Source: Minisyncoccota bacterium (GTDB lineage Bacteria; Patescibacteriota; Minisyncoccia; UBA6257; GWB1-50-10). Taken from it: a DNA stretch of 64,000 nt. Position numbers and translations under genes: made by a program. The stretch covers positions 161-64,160 of the forward strand of contig DATLZO010000019.1 in NCBI GenBank assembly GCA_035573955.1. Direction: 5' to 3'. The notes beneath the pieces were generated by a model. The model was not told the DNA's origin and ran no database searches. It saw nothing but the letters and a program-made list of their open reading frames with translations. This document shows, piece by piece, positions 48,595 to 58,814 of this stretch (the stretch's first letter is position 1; every line of letters begins with the position of its first letter).

Positions 48595-49665
48595 AAAGTT
48601 TAGGAGTTTTTTAGCGATTTTCTCTGCCGCTTCATGTTTTGAGAAACTTTTAGCGGCTTTTGCCATTGCTTTTGCGATTTTCCCGTTTTTGAGGATTTTT
48701 TCAATTTCGGTTTTCATAGTTTGCCAGTTTAGGTCGCTTTCTTCCACCACCACGGCCGCTCCGGTGGCAGCGTATTCATAGGCATTGGCTTTTTGATGAT
48801 TGCTTGCCGCACCTTCGAGCGGAATTAATATGGAAGGTTTCCCAAAAGCGGCGATTTCAAAAATGGCGCTTGCGCCGGCGCGGGAAATAACGAGGTTGGT
48901 TTTTGACAGCGCTCGCTTTAATTCTGCGGCGTCTAAAAATTTCACTGGGTGGTAGTTTTTGGAAGCACTATAATTAATTATAGCGCCGACATTATTTTCA
49001 CCCGTTTGATGAAGAATGCTCCCCAATTTTAATAATTCTTTAAGGTGCGCGGAGATAAAAGAGTTAATGCAGGCTGCTCCTTGGGAGCCGCCAAGCACCA
49101 AAATAGACACTCTAACATTCTGCAAAATACTGGAATGTTGTGGTTTTGTTGAATCTTTCAGAAGATCGGCGCGAATGGGGTTGCCTATGAGTTCGGTTTT
49201 GTTTTTCGGGAAGTATTTTTCGGCGTTTTTCCAAGCGATGAAGATTTTCTTTGCAAAAATCGCCGAGAGACGGTTCGTGAGTCCCGGTACGGCGTCGGAA
49301 TCATGAATCACAACCGGCACGAAAAAACACCGGGCGGCCAAGACTACCGGGAGCGCCCCCGGTCCGCCTTTGGAAAAGACTAAATCTGGCTGGATGTAGA
49401 AAATATGAGCCAGTGATTGAAAAATACTCCAGAGAAACTTAAAAATGTCGGTAAAGTTCCGCCAGTCAAAATAGCGGCGGAGCTTGCTTGAGACAATCGA
49501 CAGTGTTTCGATGTTTCTTTTTGTAAACTCGACGTTCAAAGGGTGATTCGGGCCAATGTAGTGAAGTTGAACTTCACTAGATTGTTTTTGGATTTCTTCG
49601 GCTACCGCCACAAGCGGAAAAATATGTCCGCCCGTTCCCCCGCCTGTTAGTACAATCTTTTTCAT
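48577..49665 (-). CDS. murG: MurG glycosyltransferase
   Basis: GGGTGGH, GNPIR, GGSQGA, SRAGA, HQ..NA. Confidence 0.96.
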   Translation of the reverse strand: MKKIVLTGGGTGGHIFPLVAVAEEIQKQSSEVQLHYIGPNHPLNVEFTKRNIETLSIVSSKLRRYFDWRNFTDIFKFLWSIFQSLAHIFYIQPDLVFSKGGPGALPVVLAARCFFVPVVIHDSDAVPGLTNRLSAIFAKKIFIAWKNAEKYFPKNKTELIGNPIRADLLKDSTKPQHSSILQNVRVSILVLGGSQGAACINSFISAHLKELLKLGSILHQTGENNVGAIINYSASKNYHPVKFLDAAELKRALSKTNLVISRAGASAIFEIAAFGKPSILIPLEGAASNHQKANAYEYAATGAAVVVEESDLNWQTMKTEIEKILKNGKIAKAMAKAAKSFSKHEAAEKIAKKLLNFGGLTS

Positions 49666-51425
49666 ACTACTTCGGCGTTATAACATAGCTCGCAGTACAC
49701 AATCTCCGGTCTGTCGGGGGCGTAGGAGGTTTCAAATTCGTTGGGGCACCTCTCTTCTGGGTGATGGCTGTGTTTTGAGGAATTTTGATAGACTTTATAG
49801 TCACACATACACTCACGGTGCCAGAGTTTTATAGGGGTACGTAACGCCTGCCTTTCTTCATTTCTACAAGCAGGACAAAGTATTGGAATAGGTATATTCA
49901 TTTGCCGGTAGAGTTGAAGTTCTTGGGGGACTATTTTAAATGCGATGGTACAATTATGCCCGCACTTTCCTTTATGTTTACACTCAATAACTTCGCGTAA
50001 AATATCATCACTCACTTCTTTAATGGATTGTGGAATTTCGTCAGGATGTTTTGTCGGTTGATACTCTCTTTTTTTCTCTCCTGCCCACTGGCACCCTGAG
50101 AGTGTAAACTCACCTTCCTTTGAAGGAAAATAAAACTGAGTCATAGCTTCGTTATACGCAAATGGTGAAAACTCTGGCGGGAAAAATTCGCCATATTTAT
50201 AAAAGTTACCCGCAGAGTCAAAATAGGGGTTTTCACTCATTTCTTTGCTTATTTTATTCTTAAGCTGTAAGTAGGTTTCTTTGTCATACTGCTTATTCAA
50301 AATACAGTACTGTTTTTTTCTTAGACCTATACATCCGAAAAGGTCTTGGCTACCGCGGCAGTAATCGCAGTATTGCACACGAGCGCAGTTCTCAAAAGAG
50401 TTAGTGGAAAAGTAAATGTTTGAATCAAGGTATCCCACATTAACCCCCTCATAGAGTAAAGCTGCTTCTTTATCCCCCACTCCAAAAACATCATGAGAGT
50501 CTTTGGCGCGAGCCATTTGAACGCCGTATTTCACATCTTCACAGCTTTCGGCGTTAAAACAGCGGACTGCGTTTTTGCATTGAAACAAATTGTTGCCGGA
50601 GGAATTGAGGCATTTTACAATGTTGGCGTGCTTGTGTAGCACGCTTTTCCGCATGTGCAAGTATTCTGATAAGAGCCGAGCTAAATTTTCTCGGTCATAG
50701 GTTATTTTACTAAGCTCTCGACGATATTCATCTTCGTTAAGCTGTTTGTTGCGGAAAATGAATTTTTTATTGCGTAAATTGCTACTCATAAAACAATCTG
50801 AAGAATTGCGGCAATCGTACAAAAAAGCACTATCTAAACAATCTTTGCAGTCAGATATGAACTTGCAATTAACGCAGTGCTCCGAGTCAATGGCGTGATA
50901 AACTTTCTCACAGTTCATGACTGTTGTGGAGTCAAACACGTCCCGACCGCCGTAAACTGTTTTGGAATAAGCAACGTTATCAGAGCTTATGGTTGTTGGC
51001 GACAGATAAATATTTTTTGAAAACCAAGTATAATCTGAGTAAGATGAATTCTTATTTTGATATGCCTCTAAATTTGGTCTGGGTACGGCATCGGAAAGTT
51101 CTTTCCACTGAACAAAGAATCCTTTGCGAGAATCATAGTCCAAACCGTACTGGAGCGGATCCCATTTATCAGACCACCAACAATCGTTGCAATATATCGG
51201 AAAACTAACCTTATCTGAATAGTGAGAGATACCTTCCTTATTGCATAGTCCGCATTTATATCGGTACATATTGAATTCATTGCGAAATAACATTCTCCTT
51301 TTCATACGGCACTCCGGGCACCACGTCGGCGCCGGAACATCTATCTTCCTGTAAAAATCAAAATCCTCCGGTTCGATTGTGAACTGGTTCTTGCAATTCT
51401 GGCAAATTTTAGTTTCGGATTGCAT
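49662..51425 (-). CDS. Cys-rich zinc-ribbon repeat protein, paralogue 2
   Basis: Clearly homologous to 19646..21397 (SETK.CQNCK, WWSDKWD, YGEFFP, CPNEFETSY). Confidence 0.85.
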   Translation of the reverse strand: MQSETKICQNCKNQFTIEPEDFDFYRKIDVPAPTWCPECRMKRRMLFRNEFNMYRYKCGLCNKEGISHYSDKVSFPIYCNDCWWSDKWDPLQYGLDYDSRKGFFVQWKELSDAVPRPNLEAYQNKNSSYSDYTWFSKNIYLSPTTISSDNVAYSKTVYGGRDVFDSTTVMNCEKVYHAIDSEHCVNCKFISDCKDCLDSAFLYDCRNSSDCFMSSNLRNKKFIFRNKQLNEDEYRRELSKITYDRENLARLLSEYLHMRKSVLHKHANIVKCLNSSGNNLFQCKNAVRCFNAESCEDVKYGVQMARAKDSHDVFGVGDKEAALLYEGVNVGYLDSNIYFSTNSFENCARVQYCDYCRGSQDLFGCIGLRKKQYCILNKQYDKETYLQLKNKISKEMSENPYFDSAGNFYKYGEFFPPEFSPFAYNEAMTQFYFPSKEGEFTLSGCQWAGEKKREYQPTKHPDEIPQSIKEVSDDILREVIECKHKGKCGHNCTIAFKIVPQELQLYRQMNIPIPILCPACRNEERQALRTPIKLWHRECMCDYKVYQNSSKHSHHPEERCPNEFETSYAPDRPEIVYCELCYNAEVV

Positions 51426-51443
51426 GTTTCTTTTCAATTTTGC

Positions 51444-51494
51444 GAGGCTCGACCTCCATGCGAATTGACGTCAATGTTTGGGAGGTTAAACCTC
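51444..51494. repeat. REP-like doublet
   Basis: GAGGCTCGACCTCC-TTGACGTCAA-GGAGGTTAAACCTC. Confidence 0.7.
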
Positions 51495-51500
51495 AAACGT

Positions 51501-52619
51501 TTAACGTCTATATCTTGATACATTTACTATAATCCCGCTCATTGTGAGAAATACAGCAAGCGCGGTTCCGCCGAAACTGATGAAGGGCAGGGGCACGCCC
51601 GTGAAAGGAATAAGACCGGAGACGGCTCCTATATTTACAAAAGCCTGGAAACCGATTAGAGAAGCGAATCCTATCACAAGGAAGCGTCCGAATGCGTCCG
51701 GCACCTTCCTTGTCATGTTGATGCATCGGAGTACTAGAAACCCAAACGCGAATATGAGAAGGCCGCTGCCAACAAAACCGAATTCCTCCGCGATGACGGC
51801 GAAGATGGAATCCCCTATCTGCTCCGGAAGCTGTTTTAGTTTGGAAACGGAGTTCCCGTAGCCAACGCCCCAGATCCCACCGGAGCCGATGGCAAGTGTC
51901 GTTTTTTCAACCTGGTAACCGGTTGAAAGAACGTCGGCCGTCTCTGGCTCGAGGAATGTTCGTATTCTCATAATGCGGTAATTATCCTCAGGAAGCGTGT
52001 AGGCTGCGACTAAGAGAGCTATAACGGTGACGAGAATAGCTCCGACAAAAAATCTTATCTTGGCGCCAGCGGCAAAGTACATACAAAATGCCGAGGCCGC
52101 AATGAGAAACGCGGTGGTTGTGGATGGTTGTTTTAAAATGAGGAACGTGACGATACCGACCAGGATTATAAACGGCAGAAATCCCTCGCTCAAACTTTTA
52201 CCCCTCTTCTCGTTTTTGGCGAGCCAGGCGGCGATGTAGAGCACGAAAGCGAGCTTCAAAATTTCCGCTGGTTGGAAGCTAATAAAGCCCAGATCGAGCC
52301 ATCGCGTCGCGCCCTTGGTTAGGAGCCCGAGCGGCGAGAAAAGGAGGAGGAGCATGACCAGCGCGAGGAGAAAGAATGGCAATGCAAGTTTTTCCCACCT
52401 CCGGTAATACGTGAAAGCGGTAACGAGAAACCCAGCAAGACCGAAGGTTAAACCGTGAAGTAGCTGGTTTTTGAGGTAATAATAACTGTCACCAAACTTA
52501 GATAGACCAAGGTCGGACGAAGCGCTCGTGAGCATTGTGAGCCCGAAGATGGTTAATACAACCACTATTCCGACGATAACGAAGTCCGCGGACGAAGTTG
52601 GCCTTGGTGATCCCGCCAT
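51501..52619 (-). CDS. ftsW: SEDS peptidoglycan polymerase FtsW
   Basis: GATRW, FQPAE..K, GYQ, AEEFG, GVPLPFISFGG. Confidence 0.93.
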   Translation of the reverse strand: MAGSPRPTSSADFVIVGIVVVLTIFGLTMLTSASSDLGLSKFGDSYYYLKNQLLHGLTFGLAGFLVTAFTYYRRWEKLALPFFLLALVMLLLLFSPLGLLTKGATRWLDLGFISFQPAEILKLAFVLYIAAWLAKNEKRGKSLSEGFLPFIILVGIVTFLILKQPSTTTAFLIAASAFCMYFAAGAKIRFFVGAILVTVIALLVAAYTLPEDNYRIMRIRTFLEPETADVLSTGYQVEKTTLAIGSGGIWGVGYGNSVSKLKQLPEQIGDSIFAVIAEEFGFVGSGLLIFAFGFLVLRCINMTRKVPDAFGRFLVIGFASLIGFQAFVNIGAVSGLIPFTGVPLPFISFGGTALAVFLTMSGIIVNVSRYRR

Positions 52620-52620
52620 T

Positions 52621-54084
52621 TTACCCGGCGCGCAGAACGCTTCCGCTTGCGACTGGTTTGAAATTGCCGTCCATCAGTGCGACTTTACCGTTTATGACAA
52701 CGTCGCGAGGTTTGAAGTCGCGTAGAACGACAAGATCGGCAAAGTAGTTTTCTTTAATCAGGCCGCGGTTCTTTATCCCGAATTTTTCAGCCGGACCGCC
52801 CGTTGCTTTTTGGACTGCTTTCTCAAGCGGTATACCAATACCACTCGCAGCCCGGAGAAAGTTCGTGAAAGCTTCATACTTTCCCGTTGCTCCAGAAGAG
52901 ACAAATGATGACGGAGAAGCAGCGAATTCGGCGGCCATTTTATCATCGACGTTCCGCAAGAGAACCACGGCGCGCAGGTGAGAAAGACGCATCAGACGGA
53001 GAATAGCTTCTTCTTTTCTTAGCTCGTGGCTTATTGCGAAATCGTCCAAGGTCCGACCGTTTAAAAAACCGAGCGGCGGTGGAGCGGAAAAGATGATTAT
53101 TTCGTCCACGGACACTTTTTTCAAGTGATCAAGAATCCCCTTCTCTAGGCGCGACTCTCTCAAGGAATCGTTCATTGTATCGAGATTTCCGCGTTTCACG
53201 GTAGGCGGCAGAAGCTGGTAGATGGGTATTTTAATGACGCCCTCAATATTGCAGTCGAAATGGACATGGGTTCCTGCAGTTTCTGCTTCTATCGTTTCTT
53301 TGGCTCGGACGTAATTATTCCGGAACCCTAGGACCGGCTCGAGATGGCTTATTTCCACCTTTGCTTCCGTTTCCTTGCCGAGTTTTATTGTTTCTTCCAC
53401 AGCCGGTATTAGTCCTTCGGTGTAATCGCGCAAATGGATGGAAACTACGCGATTTTTTGCAGCGGCGAGCCGGCAGAGTTCCGAGATCTCCTTAAACGGC
53501 GTCATTTTGGCGTGAGCGTAATCGAGACCGAAAGAAATACCGAAAGCTCCTTGAACCAGCGATTCCTCGACAATCTTTATCATTGCCGCTGTTTCCCGGT
53601 CTGTAAGATCACGCGCATCCTCGCCGAGTAAGCCCCGCCTGACGGTGCCGTGGCCGACAAGTGTTCCGAAATTAACACCCAAACTGCGCCTTTCAATGGT
53701 TTTCAGAAAATCGGAGATTCCACGCCAGCCTACGTTTATTTTCGATATGTCGCCCCACTTCCGGAGTGAGAGCATGGAAATTCCGAAGACGGGGAAAAGT
53801 GAGGAGCCACAGTTACCGCCGAGAACCGTAGTAATTCCTGCCATGACCAATTTTTCGCCGGTGGGGTCGTTTAGTATTTCCAGGCGGTGGTCGAAATCGG
53901 AATTAATATCGATGAAACCAGGCACAACAATGCCTCCGGCGGCGTCAAGGAGCACATCAGCTTCTTTTTTAGGGAACGAGCCGAGCCTGACGATTCGGCC
54001 GCGTCTCACAAGAATATCAGCTTTCTTCGGCGGTTCGCCGGAGCCGTCGTAGACAAGCCCGTTTTTGACGAGAACGGTCGGCAT
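52621..54084 (-). CDS. D-aminoacylase-like amidohydrolase with degenerate metal site
   Basis: VYDGSG, VVPGFID, GITT..GNCG, RGLIKE..ADLV. Confidence 0.8.
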   Translation of the reverse strand: MPTVLVKNGLVYDGSGEPPKKADILVRRGRIVRLGSFPKKEADVLLDAAGGIVVPGFIDINSDFDHRLEILNDPTGEKLVMAGITTVLGGNCGSSLFPVFGISMLSLRKWGDISKINVGWRGISDFLKTIERRSLGVNFGTLVGHGTVRRGLLGEDARDLTDRETAAMIKIVEESLVQGAFGISFGLDYAHAKMTPFKEISELCRLAAAKNRVVSIHLRDYTEGLIPAVEETIKLGKETEAKVEISHLEPVLGFRNNYVRAKETIEAETAGTHVHFDCNIEGVIKIPIYQLLPPTVKRGNLDTMNDSLRESRLEKGILDHLKKVSVDEIIIFSAPPPLGFLNGRTLDDFAISHELRKEEAILRLMRLSHLRAVVLLRNVDDKMAAEFAASPSSFVSSGATGKYEAFTNFLRAASGIGIPLEKAVQKATGGPAEKFGIKNRGLIKENYFADLVVLRDFKPRDVVINGKVALMDGNFKPVASGSVLRAG

Positions 54085-54106
54085 TTCCTAATTATAGCAG
54101 GGAATT

Positions 54107-55153
54107 TTAGGCGAAACGGGCGAGGAAGAATAGAACCAAACCGAAGGTTGTGGCCACCGCCGAGATTATCCAAAAACGCATTGTTATCTGGCTTTCTATC
54201 CAGCCAATTCCTTGGAAATGGTGGTGAATGGGAGCTGAAAGGAAAACTTTTTTACCGCGAAATCTTTTAGAAATAACCTGGATTATAACCGAAAGCGACT
54301 CGCCGACAAGAACTATACCGAAGAATGGGAGGTAGAGCGCCGTGTTGGTTAACATTGCCATAACGCCCAGTGTAATACCAAGAGACATCGAGCCAGTGTC
54401 GCCCATGAAAAAGCGGGCTGGATGAATATTGAACCAAAGGAAAGCGAGGAGCGCACCCAGGATCGCGGCGTTCATGGCAGCCAGGTCGAAGCGTTGGAGG
54501 ATAAAAGCGACGACTGCCATTGCGGCGAAGGAGAAGAAAAGCGTTCCGGCTGCAAGGCCGTCAAGGCCGTCTGTCTCGTTCGCAGAAAATGCCGTGGCAA
54601 CTATGACGAATACGAAGAATGGGATATACCACGGGCCGATATAGATATTCCCTAAGAAAGGAACGTAGAGAACGTCCCAACCGAGTTTAAAGAAAAACCA
54701 CCAAGCGCCTACCAGTGCCACGCCGGTGTAGAGCAGGAGTTTTTGCTTGATGGAAAGCCCTCCGCCGTGCGGTCCTTTGCCCAGAATACCGAACATATCG
54801 TCGATCAGGCCAACCACCGCCGTGAAGAAAAGTGTCGCTAGCGGCAAGTAGGTTTCGGCCCGGTTCACGAAGTCGAAATAATTGGCGAAGCCGTCGAGGA
54901 AGGTCCGAAGAACGAGGAAAACGGCGGCCATTCCAAGAACGGTTGCCCAAATGATGATGCCGCCCATGGTGGGTGTTTGAGATTTGTCTTTGTGAAACCG
55001 ATAAAAAATCGGCGCTGTCTTTTCGTCGCGGATGTTTTTCTTCTTTAAGCCGTACTTCTCTAGAAAGTGCGCTACGAATGGTGTGATGAAGAGTGCGACG
55101 ACGAAAGCGAACGCAAAGATGATGAGAACTCTTACCGCTTCAAATACAAGCAT
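54107..55153 (-). CDS. mraY: Phospho-MurNAc-pentapeptide transferase
   Basis: TPTMGG, DD, NETDGLDGL, FMGDTGS, APIHHHF. Confidence 0.96.
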   Translation of the reverse strand: MLVFEAVRVLIIFAFAFVVALFITPFVAHFLEKYGLKKKNIRDEKTAPIFYRFHKDKSQTPTMGGIIIWATVLGMAAVFLVLRTFLDGFANYFDFVNRAETYLPLATLFFTAVVGLIDDMFGILGKGPHGGGLSIKQKLLLYTGVALVGAWWFFFKLGWDVLYVPFLGNIYIGPWYIPFFVFVIVATAFSANETDGLDGLAAGTLFFSFAAMAVVAFILQRFDLAAMNAAILGALLAFLWFNIHPARFFMGDTGSMSLGITLGVMAMLTNTALYLPFFGIVLVGESLSVIIQVISKRFRGKKVFLSAPIHHHFQGIGWIESQITMRFWIISAVATTFGLVLFFLARFA

Positions 55154-56113
55154 TTAAGGAAATACATAAGCGACTTTTGCCCACTCAAGGAGTTGTGCTA
55201 TTTCCCGGTCGCGATCGCGGCTGCCGAGGATCACAACGACAGTTTTCAATCTGTCGGAGGAAAAGATCGCCACGGCATTCTGTCTGGCTTTTTCGGAAGT
55301 GCCTGTTTTTCCGCCTAAAAATCCGGGATCGTTCACCAAACTGTTAATGTTAATGATTGTCCGGCTAGAAACATCGTTCAAAGGTTGTACGAGCTGGCTC
55401 ACGACCCTGGTCCAGTTGAATATCTGTGGTTCATTTTCGAGGATGTATTTTGTGAGGCGAAGGATATCGCTTGCTGTTGAAACATTGCGGTCATCGAGGC
55501 CGGAGGCATCATAAACTACGGTTTGGTTCATATTGAGTTCCCTGAGCTTTTCATTCATAAGTTGCACGAATTTTTCCTTGCCCAGATGATTTTCGAACGC
55601 GGCGGCGGCATCGTTCGATGACGTAAGGAGCATTATTTTCAGGAGATCGCGGGAAGTATAGACTTCTCCGCTTTTTAAATTACCGGCTTCACCTTCTGTC
55701 GCGACGGCGGCTTCGTCAATGGCTATTTTTTTGTTCTCGCCGATGGATTCTATGACGACGACGGCTGTGACAAGTTTGGTAAGTGAGGCAAGCGGCCATG
55801 ATTTATATGTGTTTAGGTAGAAGAGCGGCCAGTTTTCGTCCAAAGCTTGGACGATGACAGCCTCGGCCGAAACCTTGGGGTCCAGGACCGACCAGTTTCT
55901 TTCTGGCGCTTTTCTTACTTCGGCGACGATTTGCGGTGCAACGCGGGCGGTGAAAAATGAATCCCTCTCAAAAGAGAGATTTGGGGTCGCACTAATCTCT
56001 GCGCCTGCTCTCTTCTCTATTTTTTCTTCTGCCGGCGCGGAATCAATATTGGTTATGGCGGCGGAGACGATTACCACCGCCGCGAGCATGAGAGCTTGGA
56101 ATTTTAAGTTCAT
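55154..56113 (-). CDS. D-Ala-D-Ala carboxypeptidase (S11)
   Basis: SLTK, SSN, KTG motifs. Confidence 0.9.
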   Translation of the reverse strand: MNLKFQALMLAAVVIVSAAITNIDSAPAEEKIEKRAGAEISATPNLSFERDSFFTARVAPQIVAEVRKAPERNWSVLDPKVSAEAVIVQALDENWPLFYLNTYKSWPLASLTKLVTAVVVIESIGENKKIAIDEAAVATEGEAGNLKSGEVYTSRDLLKIMLLTSSNDAAAAFENHLGKEKFVQLMNEKLRELNMNQTVVYDASGLDDRNVSTASDILRLTKYILENEPQIFNWTRVVSQLVQPLNDVSSRTIININSLVNDPGFLGGKTGTSEKARQNAVAIFSSDRLKTVVVILGSRDRDREIAQLLEWAKVAYVFP

Positions 56114-56655
56114 GGCGTTTCGAAACTCGTTAGAATATTGCGATATTTTTCGAATTCCGGCAACTCTTCCTTCCTGGTCAGGCCGAGGTGTTTTAGGAAA
56201 TCCAAACTCACGCGGTATTTGTAAGCGTGCCTACCTTCCTCGCTTGTTTCCCTTTCCACGAGGCCTCGCATCAGAAGGTTCCGTAGAATGAAACTTGAGT
56301 TTACGCCCCGGACATAGTCGATAGTCGAACGCGGCACGGGACCCAAATAAGCCACAATGGAAAGCGTCTCCAGTGCGGCAGGTGTTAGTTCCTCGCGAAA
56401 TTCTTCTTTCATTAACGTTTCGTTCACTGTCCGGAATTCCGGCTTAGTTGCGATTTGGATGCGTTCGCCGTCCCTCATAAGCGCGAGTCCGCGGTCCTCG
56501 CTCGCAAGGCGTGATTCGAAGGTTGCGACGATGTCGCTTGCTTCTGTTTCTTTCACTTTGAGGAGCTTGGCGATTTTTTTTATCTCCAGAGGTTCACCAT
56601 AGACGAAGAGCAACGCCTCAAGCTCCCCTATTTTCCTGTTATTTTCCATAGTCAT
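56110..56655 (-). CDS. scpB: Segregation and condensation protein B
   Basis: LEALLF, LETLSIVAY..P, RGVNS. Confidence 0.94.
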   Translation of the reverse strand: MTMENNRKIGELEALLFVYGEPLEIKKIAKLLKVKETEASDIVATFESRLASEDRGLALMRDGERIQIATKPEFRTVNETLMKEEFREELTPAALETLSIVAYLGPVPRSTIDYVRGVNSSFILRNLLMRGLVERETSEEGRHAYKYRVSLDFLKHLGLTRKEELPEFEKYRNILTSFETP

Positions 56656-57353
56656 TTCCTCGCAATCTGGATCTCGGCAAAATGCGTTTCCTGTTCGACG
56701 TGGATCAATTCCTCCTTTATCATGTGAAGGATGGCAAGGAAGAGAACAACGAGTTCGCTCCTTGAATTTTCGTTTCGCAGACCGCGTAGGCCCATCGGTT
56801 TTCCCTCAAGCTTCTTTAGAATATCCTCTATCTTCGCTTTCAAATTGATCACCTCTATCTTAATGGTCTCAACGGGCTTCAGGAACCGTTGAAGTTCCTC
56901 AAGGATTCTCTCTAGCGCCGGCGCCAAGTCTTCTTTTGAGATTCCTTCCGGTGGGTAAAAAACCGCTTCCATACCCGAGAGGAATTCACGCGTTGCCATC
57001 ACCTGTTGCTCGTTCCAGAGGGATTTGATATTCTTCTGCGCTCCCTTTAGTTCGGCGTAGATCTTCAATCTTGCTTCTAGGTTCTTTATGTCGGATTCCT
57101 CCTCGGCTGATAGTTCTAAAGCCGGCAGCAGAGTTTTGGATTTTATAAGTATAAGGCGCGAGGCGACGGCAAGGAAATCGGCGATTAGACCGTGGTTTGT
57201 TTTTTCTGCCTCCATCTTTTTCAGGTAGTCCAAAAAATCGGCCGTTACCTCGGAAAGGCTCACGCGTGTTATCTCCAGTTTTTTCTCTTCCACGAGCTCA
57301 AGGAGCTTATCCAGCGGTCCCTTGTATTCGTTCAGAGCGAGCTCATAAGTCAT
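56652..57353 (-). CDS. scpA: Segregation and condensation protein A (kleisin)
   Basis: YKGPLDKLL, IKSKTLLP, FLAILH. Confidence 0.94.
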   Translation of the reverse strand: MTYELALNEYKGPLDKLLELVEEKKLEITRVSLSEVTADFLDYLKKMEAEKTNHGLIADFLAVASRLILIKSKTLLPALELSAEEESDIKNLEARLKIYAELKGAQKNIKSLWNEQQVMATREFLSGMEAVFYPPEGISKEDLAPALERILEELQRFLKPVETIKIEVINLKAKIEDILKKLEGKPMGLRGLRNENSRSELVVLFLAILHMIKEELIHVEQETHFAEIQIARK

Positions 57354-57374
57354 TTGCTTTGATATAATTTTATC

Positions 57375-57734
57375 ATGTTCAGGATCGGAAAATCAGCATT
57401 GAATCCTATTCTCATCCTTCGTTTGGGTCTCGGTCTTACCTTTGTGTATGCCGGCGCGAGCTCTCTTTCCAATCCATCGAGCTGGATTGGCTACGTTCCG
57501 GAATGGACCGGTTTTATTGCTCCGGCAGGAACGCTTCTCGCTCTCCACGGCGTTTTCGAGCTCTTGATCGGGCTTGCCCTCGCCGCCGGCTTTTATTTGC
57601 CGGCCGCATCGCTCGTCGCCTTTCTCGATATTGGTTTGATTCTCGTTCTCTACGGCGTGGACGATGTCACGTTCCGGGATTTCGGTCTTCTAATGTCCTC
57701 TCTTGCGCTTTTTATCCTTTCTAAAAATAGATAA
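57375..57734 (+). CDS. DoxX-like membrane protein
   Basis: LRLGLG..F..AG, G..ELLIG, RDFGL. Confidence 0.8.
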   Translation: MFRIGKSALNPILILRLGLGLTFVYAGASSLSNPSSWIGYVPEWTGFIAPAGTLLALHGVFELLIGLALAAGFYLPAASLVAFLDIGLILVLYGVDDVTFRDFGLLMSSLALFILSKNR

Positions 57735-57803
57735 ACCGCTATATCTGTGGCAGCAACCCCAGGGAGGCAAAAACGCTTGTCCTCGCCTTAAATGTGGTGA
57801 ATA

Positions 57804-58814
57804 TTAGCCGTGCCGTACAACCATCACGTCACCATCTTCAACCACATAGTCTTTACCTTCTACTTTTAGCCAACCTTTCTGTTTTGCTCCGTTCCAACCA
57901 CCCGCTTCCACTAGGCGCTCGTATTTGACCACTTCGGCCCGGATGAATTTCTTCTCGAAATCGGTGTGAATGACTCCCGCCGCCTGGGGCGCGCGAGTTC
58001 CTCTTTCTATAGTCCAGGCCCGCGTTTCGTCCTCGCCGGTCGTGAAAAAGCTTATCAAGTTTAGAACATCATAGGCCTTTTTTATGAGTTCCGGTACTTC
58101 GGAAACCGTTGCGAGGTCAACCGCGAGATAATCGGCGCCTATCTCCCTTATTGCTGTTACGAGCTCGGCTGGCACGTCTTTCATTGTGCCGTTTAGGAGA
58201 TAAAGCTGTGGTTTGGCGGTCAAAAGGTTCATTTCCCGGAAAAGTTTCCAATACTGTTCGTTGTCCTTCGGGACAAGTCCCAGGAATTTTCCTTTCTCGA
58301 GCATCGCTTTTATCTCGCCGAGCGAATCTTTCAGGTCGACATATTCCTTCTTACCGCTTCGTGCGTCAGATTCGGCTTTCGCGAGCCGTTTTTCCACAGT
58401 TTCGATGTCTTTCAGAGCAAGTTCGGTTTTTATAATCTCCACGTCACGCAAAGGGTTCACGCCGCCTTCCACGTGGATTATGTCGTTGCCTTTGAAACAG
58501 CGCACTACTTGGAGCACGGCGTTTACTTCACGAATATTCGTGAGGAACTGGTTGCCCAAACCTTCGCCTTTGTTTGCTCCTTTCACAAGGCCGGCGATGT
58601 CGTAGAATTCTACTACGGCTGGGACGATTTTCCTGGATTTTGATATTTTTGCGAGAACTTGGAGACGCTCGTCTGGTACCGGCACTACGCCGATATTCGG
58701 ATCAATAGTAGCGAAAGGGTAATTGGCAATATTTACCTCCGCCTTGGTGATCAGTTTGAAAAGCGTCGATTTACCGACGTTTGGAAGACCCACTATGCCT
58801 ATCGAAAGTTTCAT
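57804..58814 (-). CDS. ychF: Redox-regulated ATPase YchF
   Basis: GLPNVGKST, NYPFATIDPN, DIAGLV, AGVIHTDF. Confidence 0.96.
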   Translation of the reverse strand: MKLSIGIVGLPNVGKSTLFKLITKAEVNIANYPFATIDPNIGVVPVPDERLQVLAKISKSRKIVPAVVEFYDIAGLVKGANKGEGLGNQFLTNIREVNAVLQVVRCFKGNDIIHVEGGVNPLRDVEIIKTELALKDIETVEKRLAKAESDARSGKKEYVDLKDSLGEIKAMLEKGKFLGLVPKDNEQYWKLFREMNLLTAKPQLYLLNGTMKDVPAELVTAIREIGADYLAVDLATVSEVPELIKKAYDVLNLISFFTTGEDETRAWTIERGTRAPQAAGVIHTDFEKKFIRAEVVKYERLVEAGGWNGAKQKGWLKVEGKDYVVEDGDVMVVRHG

